Part shown: positions 27,703 through 36,131 of the stretch, piece by piece
Layout of the letters: each line of letters begins with the position of its first letter
Position numbering within the stretch: position 1 is the first letter of the stretch
Assembly: GCA_027622005.1 (NCBI GenBank)
Contig: JAQBZH010000001.1
Coordinates: 124,473 to 188,472, forward strand
DNA: 64,000 nucleotides
Direction of reading: 5' to 3'
DNA from: Bacteroidota bacterium
GTDB lineage: Bacteria; Bacteroidota; Rhodothermia; Rhodothermales; UBA10348
Notes under the pieces: generated by a model
The model's input: the letters and a program-made list of their open reading frames with translations, nothing else
Database searches by the model: none
What the model was told of the DNA's origin: nothing
Program-made: the position numbers and the translations under genes

Positions 27703-28332
27703 CTAGTTCAATCGAAAGCTAAGCCGGTGATGCGATGTGATACCATGTCTTTTGATGGCTTCATAATGTTGTTTGGTTGGGTACCCCACGTTCGTACACC
27801 AACTATATTCCGGGTGAATGTCATGCAAATCCAACATCACTTGATCACGGTGCGTTTTCGCCAAAATAGAGGCGGCCGCAATGCTATGACTTAGGCTGTC
27901 CCCTTTAATGATTGAACGGGAGCGCAAAGCCAGGTTGGGAATCGAAGTAGGGCCGTCCACCAGTACAAGATCCGGGACTATTGATAGTTCCAACAAAGCC
28001 CGCTTCATGGCCTCCATCGAAGCCCACAAAATATTCAGTTGATCGATTTCCTTTGGAGAGCACGTGCCAATCGCGTACGCCAGCGCTTTTTCTTTGATGA
28101 TTTTGACCAACTCTAGTCTCTTTTTGGCTGGTACCTTTTTGCTATCCGTAACACCAACTATTTGACAATTGGAGGGGAGGATGACAGCGGCGGCTACCAC
28201 CGGACCAGCCAAACATCCCCGCCCGGCCTCGTCCGTTCCAGCAACTAATCCATCCTGAGCCCAGATCGGCCGCTCAAAGGAGAAAGGGTCGAAGGACTCT
28301 GCAAACCATTCGATCGTGTTTTTTGTGGTCAT
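27703..28332 (-). CDS. rnhB: ribonuclease HII
   Basis: 209 aa with GTDEAGRGCLAGPVVAAAV, DSKK and the collinear RNase HII C-terminus. Its ATG overlaps the upstream stop (ATGA). Confidence 0.95.
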   Translation of the reverse strand: MTTKNTIEWFAESFDPFSFERPIWAQDGLVAGTDEAGRGCLAGPVVAAAVILPSNCQIVGVTDSKKVPAKKRLELVKIIKEKALAYAIGTCSPKEIDQLNILWASMEAMKRALLELSIVPDLVLVDGPTSIPNLALRSRSIIKGDSLSHSIAAASILAKTHRDQVMLDLHDIHPEYSWCTNVGYPTKQHYEAIKRHGITSHHRLSFRLN

Positions 28333-29927
28333 ACTTCGTTGAATTGATCGGGTAGATCGTTTTCATACAATACGACATCGCCAGGTTTGGCATTTGCTGC
28401 CAACCAATCCTGCGCTTCAAACAATGAATTGACCACGTGAATCTGTAAATCAGGGTAGTTGGCATCCTTTAACCCCTCCGCGATAGGAAGCGTTCTTTTT
28501 TGACCCACCAGAAGGACCTCATCGGCATTTTGGGCTATTTGAGTGCCAAATAAACGATTGAGTGCCGCTTCCTGATGTCCTAATTCAATCATACCGGGGG
28601 TAATTACGATTCGTCGGCCGGTTTTGAATTGGCCCAAAACTTCGACCGCGTTGGCAGCGCCAATCGGATTTGAGTTGAAGGCGTCGTCCAAAACATGCAG
28701 GCCATTTCGCATTGATAGCTTCAGCCGATGCTCTACCGGCTCCAGCCGGGCTATGGCATGGCTCATTTGACGAAGAGTAAGTCCCTCGCGCAATCCGACC
28801 GCAACCGCCATCACCACATTCAAAACATTGTGTTTTCCGAGCAGCTTCGTCGAAAACGACTCACTTTGGGCGCCTGAGTGAACGTTAAATTGGGCTCCTT
28901 CCGGACCGTACGTGATCTTATCAGCCCAAACAGTTGCCGTATTAGAGGTGACGGAAACGGTTATTATCTCGCATCTAAGTCCCTCCCGCATCGCTAATAC
29001 ACGCTCATCATCGGCGTTGAGGACCGCGACTCCCTCTGGCGAAAGAAAGGAAAGGAGGGAGGCCTTTTCTTTGGCAATCGCTTCAATGCTCCCCATGTAT
29101 TCCAGGTGTGCGCTCCCAACAGACGTGATCACGGCGACATCTGGTTTGGCGATATCGCAGAGTTCGGCGATATCGCCGGGATGTCGCATGCCCATTTCGA
29201 GTACCGCGTACCGATGTTCGTCCGTCAAATCAGAATTGATCACCTTGCAGATGCCCATGGGCGTGTTATAAGACCCGGGCGTAGTAAGTGTGGGAAAGCG
29301 TTGAGAAAGGATTTCGTGGATGGCAAATTTGACAGAAGTTTTGCCGTAGGAACCCGTAATCGCGACAATTTTCAGGTCGGGGCGCCTGCCCAGCCGCGCC
29401 CGTGCTTGATTCTTAAATCCATTTTGGATGGATTTTTCAACTGGTACGAGCAGAAAAGAAGCGACCAGGAGGATAAAAGGCGAACCAAAATCTGCAATCC
29501 AAAAGGCGGCCAGAACCTTTAGATACGGGGAATTAAACGGGGTGATGAATGCTACTCCGATCGATGCGATTAAAAGTAGCAGGCCCGTCCCAACGGCCAA
29601 TCGATAGACCCTCGGTGTCCATGCCAAAGACTTTTTGGGTTTGTCTCTCCGGTATCTTTTGGATGAGGCAAAGGCGAACGCCCATAAACCAAATGCGAGC
29701 CAGATTGGTAGCTCCCACAGCCATCCCATCACCAGAATTAGGATCCCTATAGCGTGCGATGTCCGCAGTACGGCGTCCCTGAAATGGGAAACCAACCAAG
29801 CCGAGAATGGACCAGATGTATATCCAAATAACTGGAATGTGTGGATAAAAAACCGAGAACGACGGCCCAAGCGCCAAATCGCAAAACTCACTCCAAGGGC
29901 GCCAAAAAAAAGGTCGATGAAGCTCAT
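28329..29927 (-). CDS. MurF-like Mur ligase with an N-terminal multi-pass membrane domain
   Basis: Residues ~185-532 are collinear with the MurF central and C-terminal domains (IVAITGSYGKTSVK, AVLEMGMRHPGDI, SVGSAHLEYMGS, LDDAFNSNP). The first ~170 aa are hydrophobic (about 5 TM helices) in place of the usual UDP-MurNAc-binding N-domain. Confidence 0.8.
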   Translation of the reverse strand: MSFIDLFFGALGVSFAIWRLGRRSRFFIHTFQLFGYTSGPFSAWLVSHFRDAVLRTSHAIGILILVMGWLWELPIWLAFGLWAFAFASSKRYRRDKPKKSLAWTPRVYRLAVGTGLLLLIASIGVAFITPFNSPYLKVLAAFWIADFGSPFILLVASFLLVPVEKSIQNGFKNQARARLGRRPDLKIVAITGSYGKTSVKFAIHEILSQRFPTLTTPGSYNTPMGICKVINSDLTDEHRYAVLEMGMRHPGDIAELCDIAKPDVAVITSVGSAHLEYMGSIEAIAKEKASLLSFLSPEGVAVLNADDERVLAMREGLRCEIITVSVTSNTATVWADKITYGPEGAQFNVHSGAQSESFSTKLLGKHNVLNVVMAVAVGLREGLTLRQMSHAIARLEPVEHRLKLSMRNGLHVLDDAFNSNPIGAANAVEVLGQFKTGRRIVITPGMIELGHQEAALNRLFGTQIAQNADEVLLVGQKRTLPIAEGLKDANYPDLQIHVVNSLFEAQDWLAANAKPGDVVLYENDLPDQFNEV

Positions 29928-30763
29928 GGCTGGCCCTCAAGTACTAACTCATGGACGGAAGTAACGATTACGTCCGGCTCGTCCAGATAGCTAAAATGGC
30001 CAGCGTTTTTAAGAACGAACAATCCGGCGTTTGGAAGGCCCTCCACTAGGATCTCCATTTGTTGACGAGAAATGTCCGTATCATTTTCGCCCCAAAAAAC
30101 GACGACTGGACACGGAATCAGTTTCAACAGATCGGTTACGTAATGGTTAACCGTCAGGACAAAGGTGTCTTTCATCACTCCGGACAAAGACCGATAGTCG
30201 GATGAGCCGAGCATTTTCCATACTAAGGAATGTCTCAGCCAATCCAGGCCGAACTCCCGAATAGGGCCAGGAAGCGCTAAAAAAGGCCATTTTAATATTT
30301 TGGCCGTCCAAAAACGAAGATAATAGGTTGAGGAACGCCGGCGGGGTATGCCCGATGGAGAAATCAGTACGAGAAAGGAAGGCGCCACGCCCAACGTTTT
30401 CCGAGATGCCAGATCAAGAGATATGCGGCCTCCGTTTGAATGTCCAATCAGCCCATACTGCTCGACTTGCAGTTGTCTCAAAACGTCGAGCACAATTTGC
30501 ACCTGATGAGAAACGCCCCAAGCAGACGGAGGTGCGGGAGAAACGCCGTGCCCGGGCATATCTATGGCGATCGTGCGCCACTTGGCGGCCAGACGCTGAG
30601 ATAACGGCGCCATGAGAGTGGAAGAAGAACCCCAACCGTGCAGCACAATTACAGAAAAGCCGGTCGTCGGACCGCTTTCGTACACGCGAACCACGCTCGA
30701 CTCCATCCCGATTTCAATAACGAGATCCTGTGTTGAATCTGAATCCGAATTTCTCAGTCCCAA
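29924..30763 (-). CDS. alpha/beta-fold hydrolase
   Basis: 279 aa with VLHGWGSSS, the nucleophile elbow GHSNGG and a C-terminal GHFSYLD. Its stop overlaps the Mur-ligase ATG (ATGA). Confidence 0.8.
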   Translation of the reverse strand: MGLRNSDSDSTQDLVIEIGMESSVVRVYESGPTTGFSVIVLHGWGSSSTLMAPLSQRLAAKWRTIAIDMPGHGVSPAPPSAWGVSHQVQIVLDVLRQLQVEQYGLIGHSNGGRISLDLASRKTLGVAPSFLVLISPSGIPRRRSSTYYLRFWTAKILKWPFLALPGPIREFGLDWLRHSLVWKMLGSSDYRSLSGVMKDTFVLTVNHYVTDLLKLIPCPVVVFWGENDTDISRQQMEILVEGLPNAGLFVLKNAGHFSYLDEPDVIVTSVHELVLEGQP

Positions 30764-30876
30764 AGCCAGTTTACGTTGTTATAGGGCATTTTGCCCTCTA
30801 TATTGTGTATAGGAAATGCCTTAGCTGGCATATGACGGCTTCGTTAGTCAAAAGACCTGTTTTTCAGGCACCATTT

Positions 30877-30908
30877 CGAAAGATACAGAACGCCGAAAGA
30901 TACAGAAC
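30877..30908 (+). repeat. perfect 15-bp tandem direct repeat in the rho upstream region
   Basis: cgaaagatacagaac occurs at 30877-30891 and again at 30894-30908, separated by gc. It lies about 95 nt upstream of the rho ATG. Confidence 0.9.
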
Positions 30909-31003
30909 AGAATGTCGTAGGTCTCGCTGTCAACTACTTCGTTTTTTGGTTTTGATCTATTTTCAGCCCCTCGCAGTCAGATTTTCTTCTATTAGTACTA
31001 TTT

Positions 31004-32122
31004 ATGGCCACTATTCCATTCCGCGGGATCCTTGAGATGATCGGCGACAAGAAATTCGGTTTTATTCGAGAATTTCGCCACGACATCCCAAAAGGGGAGA
31101 AAGATGCTTATGTATCCCCTTCTATGTACACGAAGTACCATTTGCGGGACGGCGTCATTTTGGAAGGCACGCTTCGACCTGGCAGGAAGGGTGATATGCA
31201 GGTCAATCACATCGACACGATTATGGGCGTATCTCCGGCCGAATGGATCCGCACCCCCGATTTTGAGGATGGTCGGACCATTTATCCAGATGAAAAACTA
31301 AATCTGGTCACGTCGCCGACTAATTTTACGACTCGAATTGTTGATCTGACCGCTCCCATTGGAAAAGGCCAAAGAGCTTTGATTGTGGCTCCTCCTAGGA
31401 CCGGAAAGACTTACTTGCTGAAGGAAATTGCGGCTGCGATCACTATCAATCATCCAGATGTGGCTCTTGTAGCGTTGTTAGTGGATGAACGCCCCGAAGA
31501 GGTTACCGATTTTAGTCGGTCGACATCGGCTACGCTGTTTGCTTCGTCCAACGATCGCGACGAAGACAACCACGTGAGAGTATCACAACTATCCATTGAA
31601 TATGCGAAACGACTTGTAGAGCAGGGCAAAGACGTGGTGATGCTATTGGATTCGCTGACTCGATTGGGGAGAAATTTTAATATTTATTCTGCTGGGTCCG
31701 GTCGCACGATGTCTGGCGGTTTGGACTCCAGGGCCATGCAGATTCCGCGTAAAATTTTCGGAGCTGCGCGAAATATTGAGGGGGGAGGTTCATTGACCTT
31801 GATCGCTACTGCCCTGATAGACACAGGAAGTCGTATGGACGAGGTTATTTTTGAAGAGTTTAAAGGCACGGGAAACTCTGAAATTGTTCTTGACCGCGAG
31901 TTGGCAGACAAACGTATTTATCCCGCGATCAACCTTCGGAAGTCGGGTACGCGAAACGAAGAGCTGTTGATTGGTCCAGATTATATCGACCAACACAACC
32001 GTTTATTCCGGGCACTCAACAGCCGGAGCTCGGTGGACGCTATGTTGGCCCTTCTTAGGCACATGCAGCAGGCTCCGACCAACGAAGCGTTGCTCAATGA
32101 CTTGATTCCGTCCCGTAACTAG
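31004..32122 (+). CDS. rho: transcription termination factor Rho (short form, 372 aa)
   Basis: The OB/CSD-like region begins at residue ~7 ([15 protein letters not shown]). It has Walker A (APPRTGKT), ERPEEV, and the Q and R loop regions ([31 protein letters not shown]). An in-frame TGA at 30953 is only 16 codons upstream. Confidence 0.95.
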   Translation: MATIPFRGILEMIGDKKFGFIREFRHDIPKGEKDAYVSPSMYTKYHLRDGVILEGTLRPGRKGDMQVNHIDTIMGVSPAEWIRTPDFEDGRTIYPDEKLNLVTSPTNFTTRIVDLTAPIGKGQRALIVAPPRTGKTYLLKEIAAAITINHPDVALVALLVDERPEEVTDFSRSTSATLFASSNDRDEDNHVRVSQLSIEYAKRLVEQGKDVVMLLDSLTRLGRNFNIYSAGSGRTMSGGLDSRAMQIPRKIFGAARNIEGGGSLTLIATALIDTGSRMDEVIFEEFKGTGNSEIVLDRELADKRIYPAINLRKSGTRNEELLIGPDYIDQHNRLFRALNSRSSVDAMLALLRHMQQAPTNEALLNDLIPSRN

Positions 32123-32221
32123 AAATCGCTGTTGGCAGGGGCTTGTTGGGAGTGAACAGCAGCAAGGAGGAACGAGGACTAGCAAATAATTTGGCTGGTA
32201 GGTTACTCTTGTCCTGTTAGT

Positions 32222-32941
32222 GTGTCCAATTCTCAACTTATCGAGGAGGACGTTTTGGGCACGGAGAAAAAGGGCGAAATGCCCCGGGAGAAACTATATC
32301 AACATGGCTCGTCTGTCTTAACGGACGCTGAATTATTAGCGTTGATCATTTCAACTGGAACACGAACTGATTCCCTTTCCAAGTCGGCCATGATGTTGGC
32401 CAGGGAGTTGCTGCAGACTTTTGGTTCGCTTCGAGAATTGGCTTCTCGGGACATTTGGGACTATACCGGTCAGGATGGAATCGGTCCGGCCAAGAGCGCC
32501 CGCCTGGCTGCTTCGTTTGAATTGGGTCGGCGCCTCGCGCGGATGCCGCGCGAGGCGCCGACCACCTTTCGATGCCCCCAAGATGTTTTTGACGAATACG
32601 GACCCATTATGAGCGATTTGAAGCGCGAAGTATTCAAAGTGATCTTGCTCAACACCGCCCATTCTCGAATTACCGACTTTACCGCCAGCGAAGGGGGGCT
32701 AGCGTCCAGCATTGTAGAGCCGCGTTTAATCTTTCGCCGGGCCATTTTGGAGCATGCCGCTGCGGTTATTTGTCTACACAATCATCCATCCGGAAATCCA
32801 GAACCCAGCCGGGAAGACCTCATTATCACCAAACAATTGGTGGGGGCCGGCAAATTGTTGGGCATTCCGCTCCGGGATCACGTCATTATTGCGGCAGATT
32901 CGTTCACTTCGCTTGCCGAAAGGGGATTGACTTCAGCCTAG
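32222..32941 (+). CDS. radC: RadC-family JAB/MPN domain protein
   Basis: It has an HhH-like N-region (LTDAELLALIISTGT; GIGPAKSARLAASFELGRR) and a JAMM motif (HNHPSGNPEPSREDLIITKQL). The GTG start at 32222 is uncertain. Confidence 0.9.
   Translation: MSNSQLIEEDVLGTEKKGEMPREKLYQHGSSVLTDAELLALIISTGTRTDSLSKSAMMLARELLQTFGSLRELASRDIWDYTGQDGIGPAKSARLAASFELGRRLARMPREAPTTFRCPQDVFDEYGPIMSDLKREVFKVILLNTAHSRITDFTASEGGLASSIVEPRLIFRRAILEHAAAVICLHNHPSGNPEPSREDLIITKQLVGAGKLLGIPLRDHVIIAADSFTSLAERGLTSA
32525..32563. repeat. perfect 18-bp GC-rich inverted repeat (hairpin) inside radC
   Basis: ggtcggcgcctcgcgcgg (32525-32542), loop atg, then ccgcgcgaggcgccgacc (32546-32563). The arms are exact reverse complements. 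Confidence 0.95.
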
Positions 32942-33045
32942 CCAATTCACCAAGAACTTGAAACCGGGTCGATCCACCCCAATCAGTTGTTGCTTAACTT
33001 ATCGGATTGTTCGCGCGTCTTAGCATCACCAAACGCCCCTCTTGC

Positions 33046-34479
33046 ATGTCAGATCTGTTCGAAAAAATCGTTTCGCTTTCCAAACGTCGTGGATTCATTT
33101 TTCAGAGTTCGGAAATTTATGGGGGGCTTTCAGCCACGTACGACTATGGGCCTCTAGGCGTTGAACTTAAGCGAAACGTCTCGCAGCGGTGGTGGAATTC
33201 GATGGTGTACAAGCACCAGAATATTTCCGGTTTGGACGCTGCTATCCTGATGCATCCGGACGTCTGGAAAGCCTCGGGACACGTAGACGCATTCAATGAC
33301 CCGCTCATTGACGACAAAGTATCAAACATGCGTTACCGCGCAGACCAGCTGATCGAAGGACATATCGATAAGCTGCGCCGCAAAGGCAAAGACGCGGAAG
33401 CCGACCGGGTATATCAAGCGCTCGTCGACGCCCTAAACGCCGAGGATGCTGCCAAGGGCTTATACGACGTCATTATGGCCGAGGAAATTCGGTCTCCGGA
33501 TTCGGGCATGTTCGATTGGACGGAAGTGCGTCAATTCAATTTGATGTTTGACACGCATGCGGGCCCCGTTAAGAGTGTTGACAACAAGATTTATCTCCGT
33601 CCGGAAACGGCCCAGGGCATTTTTGTCAACTTCCACAATGTGCGGGAAACAGGGCGTCACCAAGTTCCATTTGGTATCGCCCAAATAGGGAAAGCCTTCC
33701 GAAATGAAATTGTGGCGCGTCAATTTATTTTCCGAATGCGGGAATTTGAACAGATGGAGATGCAATATTTCGTCAAGCCGGGCACCCAGATGGAGGCATT
33801 TGAGGCTTGGCGGGAAGAACGCATGCAGTGGCACATTAGTAACGGTATTCGGCCTTCAAAGCTGAGATGGCACGAACACGAAAAACTAGCGCACTACGCC
33901 GACGCGGCCTTCGACATTCAGTATGAATTCCCAATTGGATGGCAAGAAGTGGAAGGAATTCATAGTAGAACCGACTTCGATTTATCCGCCCATCAATCGC
34001 TTTCCGGTAAGAAAATGGAGTACTTCGATCCGGTAACGAACGAAAAATATCTACCCTATGTAGTTGAAACGTCCGCGGGTCTTGATCGAACCATCTTGAC
34101 ACTTTTGTGTGAAGCGTATCGGGAAGAAGAAGTGGACGGAGAAATTCGCTCCGTAATGAAATTTCACCCGAAACTGGCCCCTATCACGGTGGCTCTCTTT
34201 CCTTTGGTGAAAAAAGATGGCATGCCGGAAATGGCCGAAAAGCTGCAGAATGACTTACAGGAGCATTTCTTGGCTTTTTACGACGAAAAAGGAGCGATTG
34301 GAAGGCGATATCGCCGGATGGACGAGATTGGCACACCTTTTTGCGTGACGGTCGATGGAGAATCTACAAGCGACGGAACGGTAACTGTTCGTCATCGCGA
34401 CACCATGGAACAGGATCGAATTCCGGCTGAAAAAGTGGCATCGTACATGATCGATTCCATTGCAAAGTGGAAGCCATAA
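33046..34479 (+). CDS. glyQS: glycine--tRNA ligase (homodimeric type)
   Basis: N-terminal MSDLFEKIVSLSKRRGFIFQSSEIYGG and class II motifs (FRNEIVARQFIFRMREFEQMEMQYF). The track ORF starts at 33007. The ATG at 33046 fits the family N-terminus. Confidence 0.95.
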   Translation: MSDLFEKIVSLSKRRGFIFQSSEIYGGLSATYDYGPLGVELKRNVSQRWWNSMVYKHQNISGLDAAILMHPDVWKASGHVDAFNDPLIDDKVSNMRYRADQLIEGHIDKLRRKGKDAEADRVYQALVDALNAEDAAKGLYDVIMAEEIRSPDSGMFDWTEVRQFNLMFDTHAGPVKSVDNKIYLRPETAQGIFVNFHNVRETGRHQVPFGIAQIGKAFRNEIVARQFIFRMREFEQMEMQYFVKPGTQMEAFEAWREERMQWHISNGIRPSKLRWHEHEKLAHYADAAFDIQYEFPIGWQEVEGIHSRTDFDLSAHQSLSGKKMEYFDPVTNEKYLPYVVETSAGLDRTILTLLCEAYREEEVDGEIRSVMKFHPKLAPITVALFPLVKKDGMPEMAEKLQNDLQEHFLAFYDEKGAIGRRYRRMDEIGTPFCVTVDGESTSDGTVTVRHRDTMEQDRIPAEKVASYMIDSIAKWKP

Positions 34480-34489
34480 AGCAAAACTA

Positions 34490-34906
34490 TTACCCGAAAA
34501 AAGTGAAGATCCAAGACTGAATGGAGTCCCGAATTTTCCGGAACGCGTCGAGGTTTTCTTCTCGGTTACTCCCAACGGAAGACGGATCGGGAAAACTTTG
34601 ATGAATCGTTCGGACCCTACCTGGGTAGTACGGGCAATTATCTTTGGCATCGTCGCAAACCGTCACGACGGTGTCAAAATGGCGGTCTCCTAAATCCTCG
34701 ATTGTTTTCGAAAAAAGTCCCTCGGTCTCAATGCCTAGCTCAGTCAACACGACCCCGGCCTGTTCTTTGACGAAGGTCGCCTCGGTTCCAGCGCTAGAAA
34801 CATCGAATTGGCTGCCAAAATGATGCCGCAGGAGCGCTTCGGCCATCTGAGATCGGGCACTATTATGGGTGCAAATGAACAATACGGAGTGTTTTTGTTC
34901 GCTCAT
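34490..34906 (-). CDS. arsC: arsenate reductase, LMW-PTP (thioredoxin-coupled) type
   Basis: 138 aa with the CX5R P-loop FICTHNSARSQMAEAL and the downstream Cys pair region (VTVCDDAKDNCPY). Confidence 0.85.
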   Translation of the reverse strand: MSEQKHSVLFICTHNSARSQMAEALLRHHFGSQFDVSSAGTEATFVKEQAGVVLTELGIETEGLFSKTIEDLGDRHFDTVVTVCDDAKDNCPYYPGRVRTIHQSFPDPSSVGSNREENLDAFRKIRDSIQSWIFTFFG

Positions 34907-35118
34907 GCCATTGCTTGAAGTAGTTTTGAAGCTTTTCCCGGGGAGGGAGGCTTCTGCACATTAGATTTAGGTCGCTACAAAGTACCACAATCGAGGAACG
35001 TTCATCCATACTACGAATTGGAAACCGTCCACAGAACCAATGTGTGGAAGGCAACTCGGAAGGCTTGGATAACGAACGAGCTTACCAAGGATATTTCAGA
35101 TAGGCAGTTTGAACGATA

Positions 35119-36120
35119 ATGATGGTCATGGAAACGGCTCCTGTTTTAGATATCAAAGTCGGATACATCAACCAACGTATAAATCCGAACGTCGACCTGG
35201 TACAAGAGATCAATCGGTTGAAACAGCAAAAACGTGCTGTACTGTTAGCTCATTATTACCAAGAGCCCGAGATTCAAGATTTGGCCGATTATATAGGCGA
35301 TTCCCTGGGGTTAGCTAGACAAGCGGCCGAAACCGATGCCGAAATCATCGTTTTTGCTGGCGTTCACTTTATGGCAGAGACAGCTAAGATTCTCAGCCCC
35401 CAGAAAAAAGTTTTGTTACCCGACTTAAATGCGGGGTGTTCTCTCGCGGATGCATGCCCTGCTGATCAATTTGCCGACTTCAAAGCGCAGCATCCAGGCC
35501 ATATCGTCATATCCTACATCAATTGCTCCGCAGCCACGAAAGCGCAGAGCGATATCATCTGTACATCTTCGAATGCTGAGCACATTGTCAGCCAAATTCC
35601 TGAAAATCAGCCCATCATTTTTGCACCAGATAGAAATCTAGGAGGCTACATCAATCGAAAAATGGGTCGGAATATGGTTCTGTGGGACGGGGTGTGCATT
35701 GTTCATCAAGTTTTTAGTGAGCAAAAGCTGGTCAGATTGAAGGCCAGACATCAGGGCGTACCCGTTTTAGCTCATCCGGAATGCGATGCACCGGTGCTGA
35801 GGCACGCAGATTTTATCGGGTCAACCAGCCAGATTCGAAAATATGCACGGGAAAACGCGAGCCGCACTTTTATCGTTGCGACCGAAGAAGGCATTTTGCA
35901 CCAGATGCAGAAAGATTCGCCGGGAAAAACGTTTATTCCGGCCCCTCCTGAAAGCGGATGCAGTTGCAGTCAATGCCCTCACATGAGGCTCAACACCATT
36001 GAAAAGCTCTATTTGTGCCTGAAATACGAGGCACCGGAAATCTTGATGGATGAAGAGATTCGCATCCGTGCGCTGGCCCCCATACAAAAAATGCTGATGA
36101 TGAGCGCAGAAATCGCCTAA
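35119..36120 (+). CDS. nadA: quinolinate synthase
   Basis: 333 aa, collinear with NadA ([50 protein letters not shown], three-fold repeat organisation). Confidence 0.95.
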   Translation: MMVMETAPVLDIKVGYINQRINPNVDLVQEINRLKQQKRAVLLAHYYQEPEIQDLADYIGDSLGLARQAAETDAEIIVFAGVHFMAETAKILSPQKKVLLPDLNAGCSLADACPADQFADFKAQHPGHIVISYINCSAATKAQSDIICTSSNAEHIVSQIPENQPIIFAPDRNLGGYINRKMGRNMVLWDGVCIVHQVFSEQKLVRLKARHQGVPVLAHPECDAPVLRHADFIGSTSQIRKYARENASRTFIVATEEGILHQMQKDSPGKTFIPAPPESGCSCSQCPHMRLNTIEKLYLCLKYEAPEILMDEEIRIRALAPIQKMLMMSAEIA

Positions 36121-36131
36121 CAGGCCTTGCC

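Noticed and set aside
30730-31035. 101-aa plus-strand ORF upstream of and overlapping the rho start. I considered it a possible frameshifted remnant of the missing Rho N-terminal helix bundle.
   Set aside because: The translation (…VYRKCLSWHMTASLVKRPVFQ…) has no resemblance to the helix-bundle pattern. It overlaps the hydrolase 5' end and the intergenic promoter region.
32351-32781. Overlapping antisense and alternate-frame ORFs within radC (32351..32662, 32470..32781 and 32421..32612).
   Set aside because: They are artefacts of the GC-rich palindrome and the shadow frames of radC. The mirrored peptide strings (…PREAPT… / …ASRG.RARRRP…) arise from the inverted repeat itself.
34907-35118. Possible NAD+ (nadA-motif) riboswitch in the 212-bp region upstream of nadA.
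   Set aside because: I could find only weak 5-6-bp hairpins and nothing like the tandem bulged-stem architecture of the nadA motif. A covariance-model scan would be needed to be sure.
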